DNA from: Tubiluchus corallicola
Taxonomy: Eukaryota; Animalia; Priapulida
NCBI GenBank assembly: GCA_030141605.1
Contig: JAQGDQ010001030.1
Coordinates: 1 to 64,000 of the forward strand
DNA: 64,000 bases
Direction of reading: 5' to 3'
Shown here: in pieces, positions 53,457 through 64,000 of the stretch
Numbering within the stretch: position 1 is the stretch's first letter
Layout of the letters: each line of letters starts with the position of its first letter
The notes under the pieces: model-generated
Seen by the model: only the letters and a program-made list of their open reading frames with translations
Database searches by the model: none
What the model was told of the DNA's origin: nothing
Position numbers and translations under genes: made by a program

Positions 53457-54209
53457 ATGAAATTAAAAGGGAAAGTAGCTGTAATAACAGGTGGTGCCAG
53501 GGATATTGGACGTCAAGTTTCTCTGAAACTTGCCTCTTTAGGTGCAAAAGTGGTGATCAATTATTTTGATAACCCTGAGCAGGCGGAAGAGACTCTTTCA
53601 ATGATCCAAAGTGCAGGGGGTGAAGCTATAACAGTTCAAGGGGATATGACTAAAGAGATTGACGTCAATAAGTTGGTGCAAAATGCAGTTGACACATACG
53701 GTGGGAAAATTGACATCCTGGTTAATATAGCCGGCGGTTTAGTAGCCCGCAGAAAACTTGAAGAGATGGATGTTGACTTTTGGGACCTCCTAATGAACCT
53801 AAACCTAAAAACGGTATTTATGGTTTCAAAAGCTGTTGTACCTCATATGGGGGATAAAGGCTCGATTATCAACTTTGCATCACAGGCAGGTCGTGATGGT
53901 GGTGGTCCGGGAGCTTCGGCATATGCGACTGCAAAAGGTGCAGTAATGACATTCACCCGCTCAATGTCAAAGGAGCTAGGCCCCAAAAACATTCGGGTAA
54001 ATGCACTGTGTCCAGGAATGATTGCTACAACTTTTCATGACACATTTACCAAAGATGAAGTTAGAAAGAATGTAGCTGCAGGGACTCCGTTACGACGCGA
54101 GGGTAAAGCTGAAGAGGTTGCAGATCTAGTTGTATACCTTGCTTCTGACAAATCATCATTTATTACAGGAGCAAATATTGATATCAATGGAGGATTGTTT
54201 TTCTCTTAG
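53457..54209 (+). CDS. SDR oxidoreductase, probable DEH reductase
   Basis: TGGARDIG, NIAGG, YATAK, GGGPGA; alginate context. Confidence 0.85.
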   Translation: MKLKGKVAVITGGARDIGRQVSLKLASLGAKVVINYFDNPEQAEETLSMIQSAGGEAITVQGDMTKEIDVNKLVQNAVDTYGGKIDILVNIAGGLVARRKLEEMDVDFWDLLMNLNLKTVFMVSKAVVPHMGDKGSIINFASQAGRDGGGPGASAYATAKGAVMTFTRSMSKELGPKNIRVNALCPGMIATTFHDTFTKDEVRKNVAAGTPLRREGKAEEVADLVVYLASDKSSFITGANIDINGGLFFS

Positions 54210-54366
54210 TGACCTAGATGAGAAAAAAGGGAGCCACAGGTCGGGTTAATTAAATTTAAAAAAACAGATGAAGTAAGCATAGTTAAAACGGTTGTTAAGG
54301 AGATACAGTGATTGTTCTTAATCATGCATACTCATCTGACTATTGAGAATCAAAACTCATATGTAA

Positions 54367-55401
54367 ATGAAAAAAGTAGTAACATTTGGTGAAGTAATGC
54401 TTCGCCTAGCCACTCCCGGCTATAAAAGGTTTGGTCAGGCTGAATCATTTGAAGCTACCCACGGAGGAGGAGAAGCAAATGTAGCAGTCTCTTTGGCCAA
54501 CTACGGTGTTCCGGTGAGCTTTGTAACACGTCTCCCTGAAAATGATATTGCACAGTCATGTATTCAGGAACTAAATGGACTGGGAGTGGAGACCAATCAG
54601 ATAGTTTTTGGAGGAGATAGGATGGGAATCTATTTTGTTGAGGCAGGGGCTGTAAGCAGGGCAAGCAAGGTGATTTACGACCGTGCATATTCCTCAATAT
54701 CTCAAATGAAGCCGGGAATGATTGATTGGGATAAAGTGCTTGACGGGGTGGGATGGTTTCATTGGACAGGCATCACCCCTGCCATATCACAAGGGGCGGC
54801 GGATGTTTGCTTAGAAGCTATAAAAACTGCAAACAGACTTGGTATAACTGTTTCAACAGATTTGAACTACAGGAAAAAACTCTGGAAATACGGGAAAAAG
54901 GCACATGAAGTGATGCCCGATTTGGTGGAAGGGTGCGATGTAGTTCTTGGTAATGAAGAGGATGCGGCTATGTCTCTCGACATTCATCCTGACGGTGTTG
55001 ATGTTACTGCCGGCCATGTGGATGCAGGCGCATACCTTTCTGTTTCACAAAAGATAATGGCACAGTTTCCGAGGTGTAAAAAAGTGATAACCACACTACG
55101 CGGTTCTGTTAGTGCAAGCCACAATAGCTGGAGTGGAGTATTATACGATGGGAAAAAGCTGTTTAAAGCACCTACCTACCAAATCACACATATTGTTGAC
55201 CGTGTTGGAGGTGGCGACTCATTTATGGGCGGCTTAATATACGGGTTGTTAACCTATAAAGATGATATGCAGTCTGCCCTAAACTTTGCAGTAGCCGCTT
55301 CGTGTCTGAAGCATACCATTTGTGGCGACTATAACAGGGTAACAGTTGAAGAGGTCAAAAAGTTGATGGAGGGTGACGCCTCCGGAAGGGTATCGAGGTA
55401 G
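54367..55401 (+). CDS. kdgK: 2-dehydro-3-deoxygluconokinase
   Basis: FGEVMLRL, GGEANVA, DLNYR, DRVGGGDSF. Confidence 0.93.
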   Translation: MKKVVTFGEVMLRLATPGYKRFGQAESFEATHGGGEANVAVSLANYGVPVSFVTRLPENDIAQSCIQELNGLGVETNQIVFGGDRMGIYFVEAGAVSRASKVIYDRAYSSISQMKPGMIDWDKVLDGVGWFHWTGITPAISQGAADVCLEAIKTANRLGITVSTDLNYRKKLWKYGKKAHEVMPDLVEGCDVVLGNEEDAAMSLDIHPDGVDVTAGHVDAGAYLSVSQKIMAQFPRCKKVITTLRGSVSASHNSWSGVLYDGKKLFKAPTYQITHIVDRVGGGDSFMGGLIYGLLTYKDDMQSALNFAVAASCLKHTICGDYNRVTVEEVKKLMEGDASGRVSR

Positions 55402-55427
55402 TATAATAATAATTAAAACACAAAAAC

Positions 55428-56099
55428 ATGTCACGTTTTAAACGCATAGATGTAGCAATTAAGATGAGAGAATCCGGGATTATTCCGGTGTTCTATCATC
55501 CTAAAATAGACATTTGCAAGAAATTGGTTGATACTTGCTATTCAGGTGGAGTTAAAGCCATTGAATTCACAAACCGTGGTGATTTTGCGCATGAAATATT
55601 TGAAGAGTTAAACAAATATATCGCCAGTAAATTACCGGATTTGGCTTTGGGTATAGGTTCGGTGCTGGACTCGCCGACTGCGGCACTTTACCTACAACTG
55701 GGCGCTGACTTTGTTGTGTCGCCTATACTAAATGCTGAAATGGCTAAGGTGTGTAACAGGCGAAAGGTACTATGGGCCCCCGGGTGCGGCTCTCTGTCTG
55801 AAATCTCATTAGCTGAAGAGCTAGGTGCAGAAGTGGTTAAGATATTTCCGGCGATGCAGGTTGGCGGACCGGAATTTATAAAATCGATAAAAGGGCCTAT
55901 GCCGTGGACAAACATTATGCCTACCGGTGGTGTTTCCCCTGATGAGGAAAATATAAAACAGTGGGCACAGGCTGGAGCTTACTGCGTAGGCATGGGTTCG
56001 CAACTAATGATAAGGAAAGAAGATCAGAGCTATGATTACGAAAAGATAACCGAGGCGACAAAAAATGCTATTCGGTTTATGTTTAAATATAATACGTAA
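55428..56099 (+). CDS. eda: KDPG/KHG aldolase
   Basis: EFTNRG, VKIFP, MPTGGV, VGMGS. Confidence 0.92.
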   Translation: MSRFKRIDVAIKMRESGIIPVFYHPKIDICKKLVDTCYSGGVKAIEFTNRGDFAHEIFEELNKYIASKLPDLALGIGSVLDSPTAALYLQLGADFVVSPILNAEMAKVCNRRKVLWAPGCGSLSEISLAEELGAEVVKIFPAMQVGGPEFIKSIKGPMPWTNIMPTGGVSPDEENIKQWAQAGAYCVGMGSQLMIRKEDQSYDYEKITEATKNAIRFMFKYNT

Positions 56100-56135
56100 A
56101 ACAAACATAACCATTAACTTTTAATAAGTATATAA

Positions 56136-59100
56136 ATGAAAAAAATAACCCTTTTTTTTGTTGCCTTTTGCTCAATCCTGCACTTGGGCAGCAGGTCCTT
56201 ATACGGGCAAAATAAAATAAGCGGAAGTGTAACAGATGCTTCCATAAATAAACCGTTAATAGGGGCCACCGTATTAGTAAAAGGTACTACAAGTGGTTCA
56301 ATTACAGATATGGACGGAGGCTTCTCCATTAACACTGACCAGGAGAGCGGTATCCTGCTTGTCTCTTTCATTGGCTATCTCACAAAAGAGGTGCCATTTA
56401 GTGGGCAACAATCACTAGAAATAATCTTAGCAGCAGACAACGAAATAATTGATGAGGTTGTCGTTATCGGGTATGGAACTCAAAAAAAGTCGCATTTAAC
56501 CGGATCAGTTGCAAAATTAAGCAATGAAACCCTAAGTCAAATTCCTGTATCAAGAGCAGATCAGGCATTACAAGGGAAACTGGCCGGCCTGTCCATTAAA
56601 AACATCTCAGGCGACGTAGGGTCTGCCCCTGAAATAAGGGTGCGTGGTATGGGATCGATAAGCGCCAATAATTCACCACTAATTGTGGTTGACGGCTATC
56701 CTGTACCTGATGATTTATCATCAATAGATATGGCTGACGTAGAATCTATTGAGGTATTGAAAGATGCAGCATCTGCTGCTATATACGGTTCGCGAGGATC
56801 AAACGGGGTTATTCTTATAACCACCAAGGGCGGTGTAGCGGCAAAGCCATCATATAAGTTTACCATGTACGCCGGCTTCAAAAGCGCTTATAAAACATAT
56901 GATATTATTGACGCTTTAACATGGACAGAGATAGAAAGGGGTACCAGGCAGAAAAACGAAAACTGGCTGGCATCTCTGGAAGATAGGGAGCCAAAGGATA
57001 TTAATTATACAGGCCGGGAGTCAACAATACGCTATATAGGGGATAACACTGATTGGCAAAAAGAGGCTTTAAGAACAGGTAGTATTCAGAACTACCAACT
57101 GAGTGTATCTGGTGGCACCAAAGAGGTCCGTTACTACATCTCAGGAAGCTATATGAACGATGAGGGGCTTATGAAGGATAATGATTACAACAAGATCAAC
57201 CTAAGAACAAAAGTGGACGCCACTTTGAGCGATAGAGTAACTGTAGGTATCAACCTTAACCCCTCATATAGCAAACAGCGCAGGTCCTCATTAGGACTGC
57301 ATGACTTTGCCCGAACCTACAGTTGGTTACCCGCATACCACGACGAGAAAACATCTGCAATGACAGGTATTCCAGTGGGTGAATATGCACACCCGCGCCA
57401 CTTCAATAACATACACCTCACAGACGTTGATGGAACACCACTATACAACAACTCAGGAGATCCGGAGCGCGACAACCTATGGACTTCCAGCAACAACAAC
57501 CCCACAGCACGAAGAGATAACCGATTCAGGTACAACACTAAGTACCGGTTGTATGGAAATGGGTACTTGAATCTGAATATTACTGAAGGCTTGGAGTTCA
57601 AAAGTACCCTCGGTGGCTATATTAACTATTATATGGAGGAGGACTTTAGAAACTCCCAGGGGCACAGGTCAGGTACCCCGTATACAGTTTTCCGCAGCAT
57701 ACTTACCAACGACCTATTATCAGAGAACTTTTTTACATTCAACAAAAAAAGTGGGGATCACACAATAAACGCACTGGCCGGTTTTTCAGCACAAAAAAAC
57801 AGGGAGTACCCGGTAAGGATCCGTGGAGAGAATCACCCTACCGATTATATCTACACGCTGAATGCAGCCACAGAAATCAACCAGAGCAGTGGAGAAACTT
57901 ACTCCTATATTGAGGAAACAGCACTTCTGTCATACCTCGGGAGAATAGGGTACTCCTATTTGGATAAATATTTAATCACTCTTAGCTCAAGATGGGATGG
58001 CAGCTCTCTTTTTGGTCCAGAAAATCGCTGGGCCTGGTTTCCATCAGCATCCGTTGGTTGGAGGCTTTCTGAAGAGGAATTCCTGCAAGACATTAAAGAG
58101 ATAGATCAGTTAAAGCTTCGGGCAAGCTATGGCCTGTCAGGAAACAATGATATTGAAAACTACGCACATGTCAACACGCTCAACACTTCCAATTATATTT
58201 TTGGCACAGGACAGGGCACGTTAACTCCAGGGTTAGGCCAGACCAACACTATATTGGCTAACAAAGAGATAACATGGGAAAGAACTTATGAGTTTAATGC
58301 AGGGTTAGATCTTAACTTGTACAGCAGCAGAGTGACACTGGCACTTGATTATTACCATGCGACAACGGATCAGCTATTGCTGACAAAACGTATCCCTTAC
58401 CATACCGGCTATCAAATGGAATGGACCAATATTGGCAAGGTAAGAAACCAGGGTGTTGAGATTGAGCTTGGAGGGCACATAATAGCGCAACAGGATTTCT
58501 CGTGGAAAGTGTCTGGAAATTTATCAGCAAACAAGAACCTATTGCTCGATTTTGGCGGTCAGCTTTACGATATAACAGAGGGCTACAGGGGGCATAAATT
58601 TATTGCAATGGTTGGTCAACCTGCCATCCAGTTTTTTGGATATGAGACTGACGGAGTTTGGCTTTCCCAGGATGACATTGATAACAATCCACATAAAACA
58701 GAAGATGTTCCCGGTGGCTTAAAAATAGTTGATAAAGACGGTAATGGGCAGATTGATGACAATGACCGAGTTGTAATAGGGTCTCCATTCCCTGACTTTA
58801 TGTGGGGTCTAAGCAACGATATCCGCTGGAAAGATTTCGATTTTAGCCTCCTGCTACAAGGGGTTTACGGTAATGAAATTTTTAATGCTGATGGGTATTA
58901 TTTTGAAATGAAACGCTTAAATAATGAATTTATAGATGGCCGCTACGTTAACGAAATGTACCCAGGCGATGGAAAAACCCCAATAGTCTCACCTGGAACA
59001 GACTGGATGTTAACAGACCATTTAATTGAAGATGGCTCATTCGTAGCCCTTCGTGATATAATGATCGGATACACTCTTCCAGATGACATTACTAGAAGAA

Positions 59101-59294
59101 TAATGATTAATGGGTTGCGTACTTACATATCAGCCCAGAACCTGCTATACTTTATGGCAAAAAACTATAGGGGTATAAACCCCGAGTCTGTAGACACAGG
59201 AAGTAACTATAACTCTCCGTTAAAAACAGGGGCACAGCGTGGTGCACAACCTATTCCAAGAACTGTTGTATTTGGTGTTGAATTAACTTTCTAA
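56136..59294 (+). CDS. susC: SusC-family TonB-dependent transporter
   Basis: N-terminal carboxypeptidase-reg-like domain, VVVIGYGTQKK, LKDAASAAIYGSRGSNGVILITTK, C-terminal ELTF. Confidence 0.96.
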   Translation: MKKITLFFVAFCSILHLGSRSLYGQNKISGSVTDASINKPLIGATVLVKGTTSGSITDMDGGFSINTDQESGILLVSFIGYLTKEVPFSGQQSLEIILAADNEIIDEVVVIGYGTQKKSHLTGSVAKLSNETLSQIPVSRADQALQGKLAGLSIKNISGDVGSAPEIRVRGMGSISANNSPLIVVDGYPVPDDLSSIDMADVESIEVLKDAASAAIYGSRGSNGVILITTKGGVAAKPSYKFTMYAGFKSAYKTYDIIDALTWTEIERGTRQKNENWLASLEDREPKDINYTGRESTIRYIGDNTDWQKEALRTGSIQNYQLSVSGGTKEVRYYISGSYMNDEGLMKDNDYNKINLRTKVDATLSDRVTVGINLNPSYSKQRRSSLGLHDFARTYSWLPAYHDEKTSAMTGIPVGEYAHPRHFNNIHLTDVDGTPLYNNSGDPERDNLWTSSNNNPTARRDNRFRYNTKYRLYGNGYLNLNITEGLEFKSTLGGYINYYMEEDFRNSQGHRSGTPYTVFRSILTNDLLSENFFTFNKKSGDHTINALAGFSAQKNREYPVRIRGENHPTDYIYTLNAATEINQSSGETYSYIEETALLSYLGRIGYSYLDKYLITLSSRWDGSSLFGPENRWAWFPSASVGWRLSEEEFLQDIKEIDQLKLRASYGLSGNNDIENYAHVNTLNTSNYIFGTGQGTLTPGLGQTNTILANKEITWERTYEFNAGLDLNLYSSRVTLALDYYHATTDQLLLTKRIPYHTGYQMEWTNIGKVRNQGVEIELGGHIIAQQDFSWKVSGNLSANKNLLLDFGGQLYDITEGYRGHKFIAMVGQPAIQFFGYETDGVWLSQDDIDNNPHKTEDVPGGLKIVDKDGNGQIDDNDRVVIGSPFPDFMWGLSNDIRWKDFDFSLLLQGVYGNEIFNADGYYFEMKRLNNEFIDGRYVNEMYPGDGKTPIVSPGTDWMLTDHLIEDGSFVALRDIMIGYTLPDDITRRIMINGLRTYISAQNLLYFMAKNYRGINPESVDTGSNYNSPLKTGAQRGAQPIPRTVVFGVELTF

Positions 59295-59304
59295 ATTTAA
59301 AATT

Positions 59305-60780
59305 ATGAAAACAATTAACATAAATATATTGATACTGGTAACATTGCTTACCGTGCAGTGCTCAAACTTTATTGATATGCAGCCTATTTCAGAGATTGGA
59401 GAGGGCGATTTTTACAAAACAGAAGGAGAAATTGCCAATGCCGTGGTTGCCTGTTACAGCGCGCTGCAAAAACCACTGACAAGTGAGTGGTTGGTAACAG
59501 AATTTAGGTCTGACAATACACTCTACAACCCAGCATTCTCAGTAGGACGCGAGTCCGGGCATTATGCGCTGGATGTATTTACACTAACCAGTGAGAATAT
59601 TCATGTTGATGAGTATTATACTGCTGTATACCAAAGTATAGCGGCATCAAATACTGTATTAAAGTATGTGGATGTGGTTGCCGACGAAGATAAAAGAAAC
59701 CATTTTGAAGGGGAAGTCAGGTTTTTAAGAGCATATCACTACTTCAATTTGGTCAGATTATTTGGTCCGGTATTTTTGGTAACAGAACGTATCAGCAGTG
59801 TAGAAGCCAACAACATGAACCGGGCTGCCAAAGAGGATGTCTATGATCAAATAATAGAAGACTTAAGCTTCGCTGCAAGCAACATTAAAGATGAAACCTA
59901 CACAGGTGATGATGCGGGGCGCGTTACCTCGTGGGCAGCAAAAACACTATTGGCAAAAGTCTATTTAACATTAGGAACGCAACAACATTTACAAGAAGCG
60001 AAAATACTACTCGAAGATGTAATGGAAAATAGCGAACACAGATTATTAGGTGACTACCCTGCCATTTTTGATGACAATAATGAAATGAATGATGAGATAA
60101 TCTTTGCAGTTCGCTATAAATCAAACTCCGGCGGACTGGGCAACCCCGTAACTACCTACTTTGCGCCCATTAATGTTGTAGATATTATTATAACCGGTGC
60201 AGGGAACGGATTCAACTATCCGTCAACAGAGTTAGTAGAGACATTTGTAGATGGCGATCAGCGGAAAGATGCTAATGTCAGGACATCATATACCAATAGC
60301 CAGGGGGAAGATGTAAACGTCAACTATATAGCCAAATACATCTCAAATCAGCAAACCGACAATGATTCTGATGCCGATTGGATTGTGTTGCGTTTTGCAG
60401 ATGTAGTGCTAATGTATAGCGAAGTCATAAATGAGCTGGAAGGGCCAAGTACCGCCCTACCCTATCTAAATGAAGTTCATGCCAGAGCCGGATTAGATCC
60501 AGTCTTGGAGGCAGATGTAGCCACAAAACATGATTTCATGATTGCATTGGAGTTGGAGCGCAGGCTGGAATTTGCTTTTGAAAACCATAGATGGTTTGAT
60601 TTAGTAAGAACCAACAGGATTATCGATGTAATGGAAAACCACTTTCAAGTGGCCATTGAGTACTCTTCAATAGAGGGAGCCACTGTGCCCGATAAGCTTC
60701 ATGAGTGGCAGCTATTATTGCCGATACCACAAAGCCAAATCGATATCAACCCTAATTTCTCGCAAAACTCTGGATATTAG
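59305..60780 (+). CDS. susD: SusD/RagB-family lipoprotein
   Basis: Lipobox LTVQC, GEVRFLRAYHYF.LV, LRFADV.L, ERRLEFAFE..RWFDL.R, QNSGY. Confidence 0.95.
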   Translation: MKTININILILVTLLTVQCSNFIDMQPISEIGEGDFYKTEGEIANAVVACYSALQKPLTSEWLVTEFRSDNTLYNPAFSVGRESGHYALDVFTLTSENIHVDEYYTAVYQSIAASNTVLKYVDVVADEDKRNHFEGEVRFLRAYHYFNLVRLFGPVFLVTERISSVEANNMNRAAKEDVYDQIIEDLSFAASNIKDETYTGDDAGRVTSWAAKTLLAKVYLTLGTQQHLQEAKILLEDVMENSEHRLLGDYPAIFDDNNEMNDEIIFAVRYKSNSGGLGNPVTTYFAPINVVDIIITGAGNGFNYPSTELVETFVDGDQRKDANVRTSYTNSQGEDVNVNYIAKYISNQQTDNDSDADWIVLRFADVVLMYSEVINELEGPSTALPYLNEVHARAGLDPVLEADVATKHDFMIALELERRLEFAFENHRWFDLVRTNRIIDVMENHFQVAIEYSSIEGATVPDKLHEWQLLLPIPQSQIDINPNFSQNSGY

Positions 60781-60880
60781 CACTTACACTTTGAAATAGC
60801 ATAAAAAATCCAACACTAAATAAAGAAAAACGATATAATAAAAAATAATTAACAAGAGCAGGCTACATAAGACCAGGAAA

Positions 60881-62455
60881 GTGAAACAATTGATACAAAT
60901 AGCTGCTGTTCTTTTATCACACGCTGTTTGCGGTACAGTATATGCGCAGTGGCAGTCTGAGCTTTTAAAAGTTGATGAGAAGGGCCAGGTGACGTATGTT
61001 AAAGATGCATACGGTTTCAAACTACCTGATTTTAGTTTTGCAGGGTGCCGATATAGTGAAGAGGCTATTCCCAGCACTCCTGTAGTCAAAACAATAGGAC
61101 CCATTGCAGGAGATAATACAGCCCATATTCAAAATGCAATAAATGAAGTGGGAGCCATGGAAATAGATTATAATGGCTACAGGGGTGCTCTATTGTTACT
61201 TGCTGGCACCTACGAAGTATCAGGCGCCTTACATATAGAGAGTAATGGTGTGGTTCTCCGTGGAATTGGTGAAAACAGTGACCCCAAAAACAACACCATA
61301 CTGCTGGCTAAAGGAAATACTCCACACCAACGGACATTAATCCACTTAGGGAGTAGCACAAGCTACGGGCTGGACACAGACCCTGGCAATACTAAAACCT
61401 TTATATTAAATGATACTGTGCCCGTTGGAAGCACACTGCTGGTAATTGAAGACACAAAAAGCTTTGAGGTGGGTGACAATATTATTGTATACCACCCGTG
61501 CACAACAAAGTGGCTTGAGAAGGTAAACGGAGGAGATACCGGTACTGATGATCCGTGGGAAGAAGGCGAACTGCCTGTTACGTTTTACAGATATATTACA
61601 AAAATCAAAAATAATACCATAGAGCTTGATGCACCAGTGTTTTACCCATTAATAAAGGAGGTGTCCGAATGTTATATATATAAGCCTGAGACCGAAAAAA
61701 TGCGCAGGAATATAGGCATTGAGAACCTGCGTATCGAGATAGAGTCACTGGGAGGAGAGGATGAAAATCACTGCTGGGATGGGATACGGTTTAACCTGCT
61801 GGAAGATAGCTGGGCAAAAAATTGTGTCGTTAAAGGGTTTGGGCAGGCAGGAATTGTAACACAATATTCTTACAGGATAACAATTGATAGCTGCTCTGTA
61901 ATCGATCCTGTGGCAAAATTAGCTGGAAAGCGCATGTATAACTTCAACTTTCATCATGGCTCACAATTGGTACTGGTCAAAAATAGCTACGCAAGAAATG
62001 GACGCCACCACTATATCTCAAACGGAACATCAACAGTATCAGGATGTGTTGTATACAATTGTACTTCCGATGCTGCATACTCAGCTATTGAGCCACACAG
62101 GAAATGGTCGACAGGATTGCTATTCGATAACTTAAAAGAGATAAATTTAAGAAGTTCAGGGCGTTTGGCATTTGCTCTTTATAACCGGGGAGACAAAGGT
62201 ACAGCACATGGATGGTCAGCAGCACACTGCGTAGCGTGGAACTGTGATTTTGGTGATGCCCGTGTATGTATACAAAAGCCACCGGAAGCTCAAAACTATG
62301 CCATTGGTTGTAAAGCAAAAAGAATAAATGGCTATGAGGTGGATTTTCCTCAACCTGAAGGGCATATTGAAGGAACAAATATGAAAGGGTTGAAGCCCCC
62401 GTCACTTTATCAGGCACAACACAAGTCCAGGATGAAAATGCTGCAAAAAGAGTAA
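60881..62455 (+). CDS. Secreted right-handed beta-helix (pectin-lyase fold) protein
   Basis: Signal peptide, PDFSFAG, D.TAHIQNAI, L.AGTY, GVVLRG, GIENLRI, HGW; no recognised family motif. Confidence 0.75.
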   Translation: MKQLIQIAAVLLSHAVCGTVYAQWQSELLKVDEKGQVTYVKDAYGFKLPDFSFAGCRYSEEAIPSTPVVKTIGPIAGDNTAHIQNAINEVGAMEIDYNGYRGALLLLAGTYEVSGALHIESNGVVLRGIGENSDPKNNTILLAKGNTPHQRTLIHLGSSTSYGLDTDPGNTKTFILNDTVPVGSTLLVIEDTKSFEVGDNIIVYHPCTTKWLEKVNGGDTGTDDPWEEGELPVTFYRYITKIKNNTIELDAPVFYPLIKEVSECYIYKPETEKMRRNIGIENLRIEIESLGGEDENHCWDGIRFNLLEDSWAKNCVVKGFGQAGIVTQYSYRITIDSCSVIDPVAKLAGKRMYNFNFHHGSQLVLVKNSYARNGRHHYISNGTSTVSGCVVYNCTSDAAYSAIEPHRKWSTGLLFDNLKEINLRSSGRLAFALYNRGDKGTAHGWSAAHCVAWNCDFGDARVCIQKPPEAQNYAIGCKAKRINGYEVDFPQPEGHIEGTNMKGLKPPSLYQAQHKSRMKMLQKE

Positions 62456-62544
62456 CTCAGGCTTAAGATCAGGGCCCTACATGGCAGAAATAGCTGGTAA
62501 AGGTCTGAAATTCATGAAAAATACATTTAAATAATATAAAAGAG

Positions 62545-64000
62545 ATGATCATAGTAAAAAAGATAAAAGCAGCAGTGTGTCTCCTCACACTGATAATAGT
62601 AGGGTTTCCCGGCTTAAAAGCGACCGAATACAAAATCAGCTCCGCATCGGAACTGCTACCTTTATCTCTAAAAGCTGGTGATGTCGTCATTATGAAAAAT
62701 GGAGTTTGGGAAAACCAGGAACTAACATTCGAAGGAGCAGGCACAGAAGCTAAGCCAATAACTTTAAAAGCAGAAACAGGAGGAGAAGTGATTTTAACCG
62801 GAAGTTCAAAGATTAAGCTTAGCGGACAGCACCTGGTAATTGATGGACTTAATTTTTACAAAGGAGCTCTCAACTCTGGATCTGGAGCAGTAATTGAGTT
62901 TAGAACAAACGGTTCAAACCTTGCATTTAACTGCAGATTAACAAACACATGTATTAAGGATTACAACCCGCCTGATAAAAATACAGAATATAAATGGGTA
63001 TCGCTATATGGTAAAAATAACCGTGTTGATCATTGTCACTTTGAAGGTAAAAATCACAGTGGTGCGCTATTAGTCGTTTGGTTAGACAGTGAGCCAAATT
63101 ATCATAAAATTGATAGCAATTATTTTGGGGAACGGCCTGACTTAGGCTTTAACGGAGCTGAAATAATCAGAGTAGGAACGAGCCATTGGAGCATGTATGA
63201 CTCTTACACCATTGTTGAAAACAACCTGTTTGAGGAGTGTGACGGGGAAATTGAAATAATATCAAGCAAGTCGTGTAAAAACATATACCGAAACAATACA
63301 TTCCGGGCATCTGAAGGGACACTGACTTTAAGACATGGAAACGATTGCGAGGTTTACAATAATTTCTTTTTTGGGGTTTCATACAAAAAATGCGGAGGAA
63401 TACGGCTTATAGGAGAAAACCACAAAGTGTACAACAATTACCTACAAAACCTGCCCGGGCATGGATACAGAGCCGCAATTTGCCTGGTAAATGGCGTACC
63501 TGACTCTCCGCTAAACAGATATTTTCAAGTAATTAATGGTAGAGTTGTAAATAACACCATTGTTAACTGTAAGCACCCCATAGTAATCGGAGCCAGAAAA
63601 GACAGTGAAAAAACACTTTCCCCAAAAGGCTGTTTTATAGCCAATAATGTAATAGCTATTTACGACGCATCGGCTAAACAAATAATCGAATATGTAGATG
63701 AGCCGGAAAATATCACTTATCAAAGCAACATAATGTATGGAACCGAACTGGGTATTCCGCTTCAAAGCGGAATAGAGGTGATTGACCCGGCTCTTTTTCA
63801 GGATGAGAACGGTGTCTGGAGACCCGCTGATACCAGTGTGGTAATTAATTATGGATCTACAGAATACGATTTTGTAACATTTGATATTGAAATGCAGGAG
63901 AGGGTTTCCGGTAATGATGCCGGGTGTGATCAACTATCAGGTAATCCTGTACTAAACAGGCCTCTTAAAAAAGGTGATGTTGGTGTTAGGTGGCCAATCC
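62545..64000 (+). CDS. Second PL6 alginate lyase (runs off the window; not in the ORF track)
   Basis: Translated by hand from ATG 62545: signal peptide, then WVSLYGKNNRVDHC, NGAEIIRVG, EIISSKS, TLRHG; no stop before 64000. Confidence 0.9.
   Translation, partial: MIIVKKIKAAVCLLTLIIVGFPGLKATEYKISSASELLPLSLKAGDVVIMKNGVWENQELTFEGAGTEAKPITLKAETGGEVILTGSSKIKLSGQHLVIDGLNFYKGALNSGSGAVIEFRTNGSNLAFNCRLTNTCIKDYNPPDKNTEYKWVSLYGKNNRVDHCHFEGKNHSGALLVVWLDSEPNYHKIDSNYFGERPDLGFNGAEIIRVGTSHWSMYDSYTIVENNLFEECDGEIEIISSKSCKNIYRNNTFRASEGTLTLRHGNDCEVYNNFFFGVSYKKCGGIRLIGENHKVYNNYLQNLPGHGYRAAICLVNGVPDSPLNRYFQVINGRVVNNTIVNCKHPIVIGARKDSEKTLSPKGCFIANNVIAIYDASAKQIIEYVDEPENITYQSNIMYGTELGIPLQSGIEVIDPALFQDENGVWRPADTSVVINYGSTEYDFVTFDIEMQERVSGNDAGCDQLSGNPVLNRPLKKGDVGVRWPI

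Overview
Chromosomal segment of a Bacteroidota bacterium, probably an anaerobic Marinilabiliales/Prolixibacteraceae-like lineage. This is inferred from SusC/SusD, TAnnTTTG -7 promoter motifs and the pyrD-pyrK-XRE gene order. The first ~45 kb is mostly housekeeping (gltBD, rhaB, gmhA, relA/spoT, cysQ, dapA, ligA, slyD, aroC, pgk, gyrA, mgsA, pyrK/pyrD) with small accessory patches. The last ~18 kb is a GntR-regulated alginate utilisation locus: PL6, PL17, KdgF, MFS, DEH reductase, KdgK, KdgA, SusC/D, an uncharacterised beta-helix protein, and a second PL6 running off the window. The most unusual signals are: (1) a decayed cassette-like islet at 5.8-7.2 kb, with a PD-(D/E)XK + EF-Tu-domain-II-like ORF, an attC-like imperfect hairpin and a Fic pseudogene cut by an IS-like end; (2) a DUF1893 domain fused to a metal-ABC ATPase with no binding protein nearby; (3) an AT-rich Fic + UDG-superfamily pair whose Fic appears to lack its autoinhibitory motif; (4) a 1 kb non-coding region carrying an array of TTACAWWTGTAA-like palindromes upstream of an XRE regulator. 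No rRNA, tRNA, CRISPR array or intact transposase was seen. All family assignments are by eye from motifs, not from database searches.
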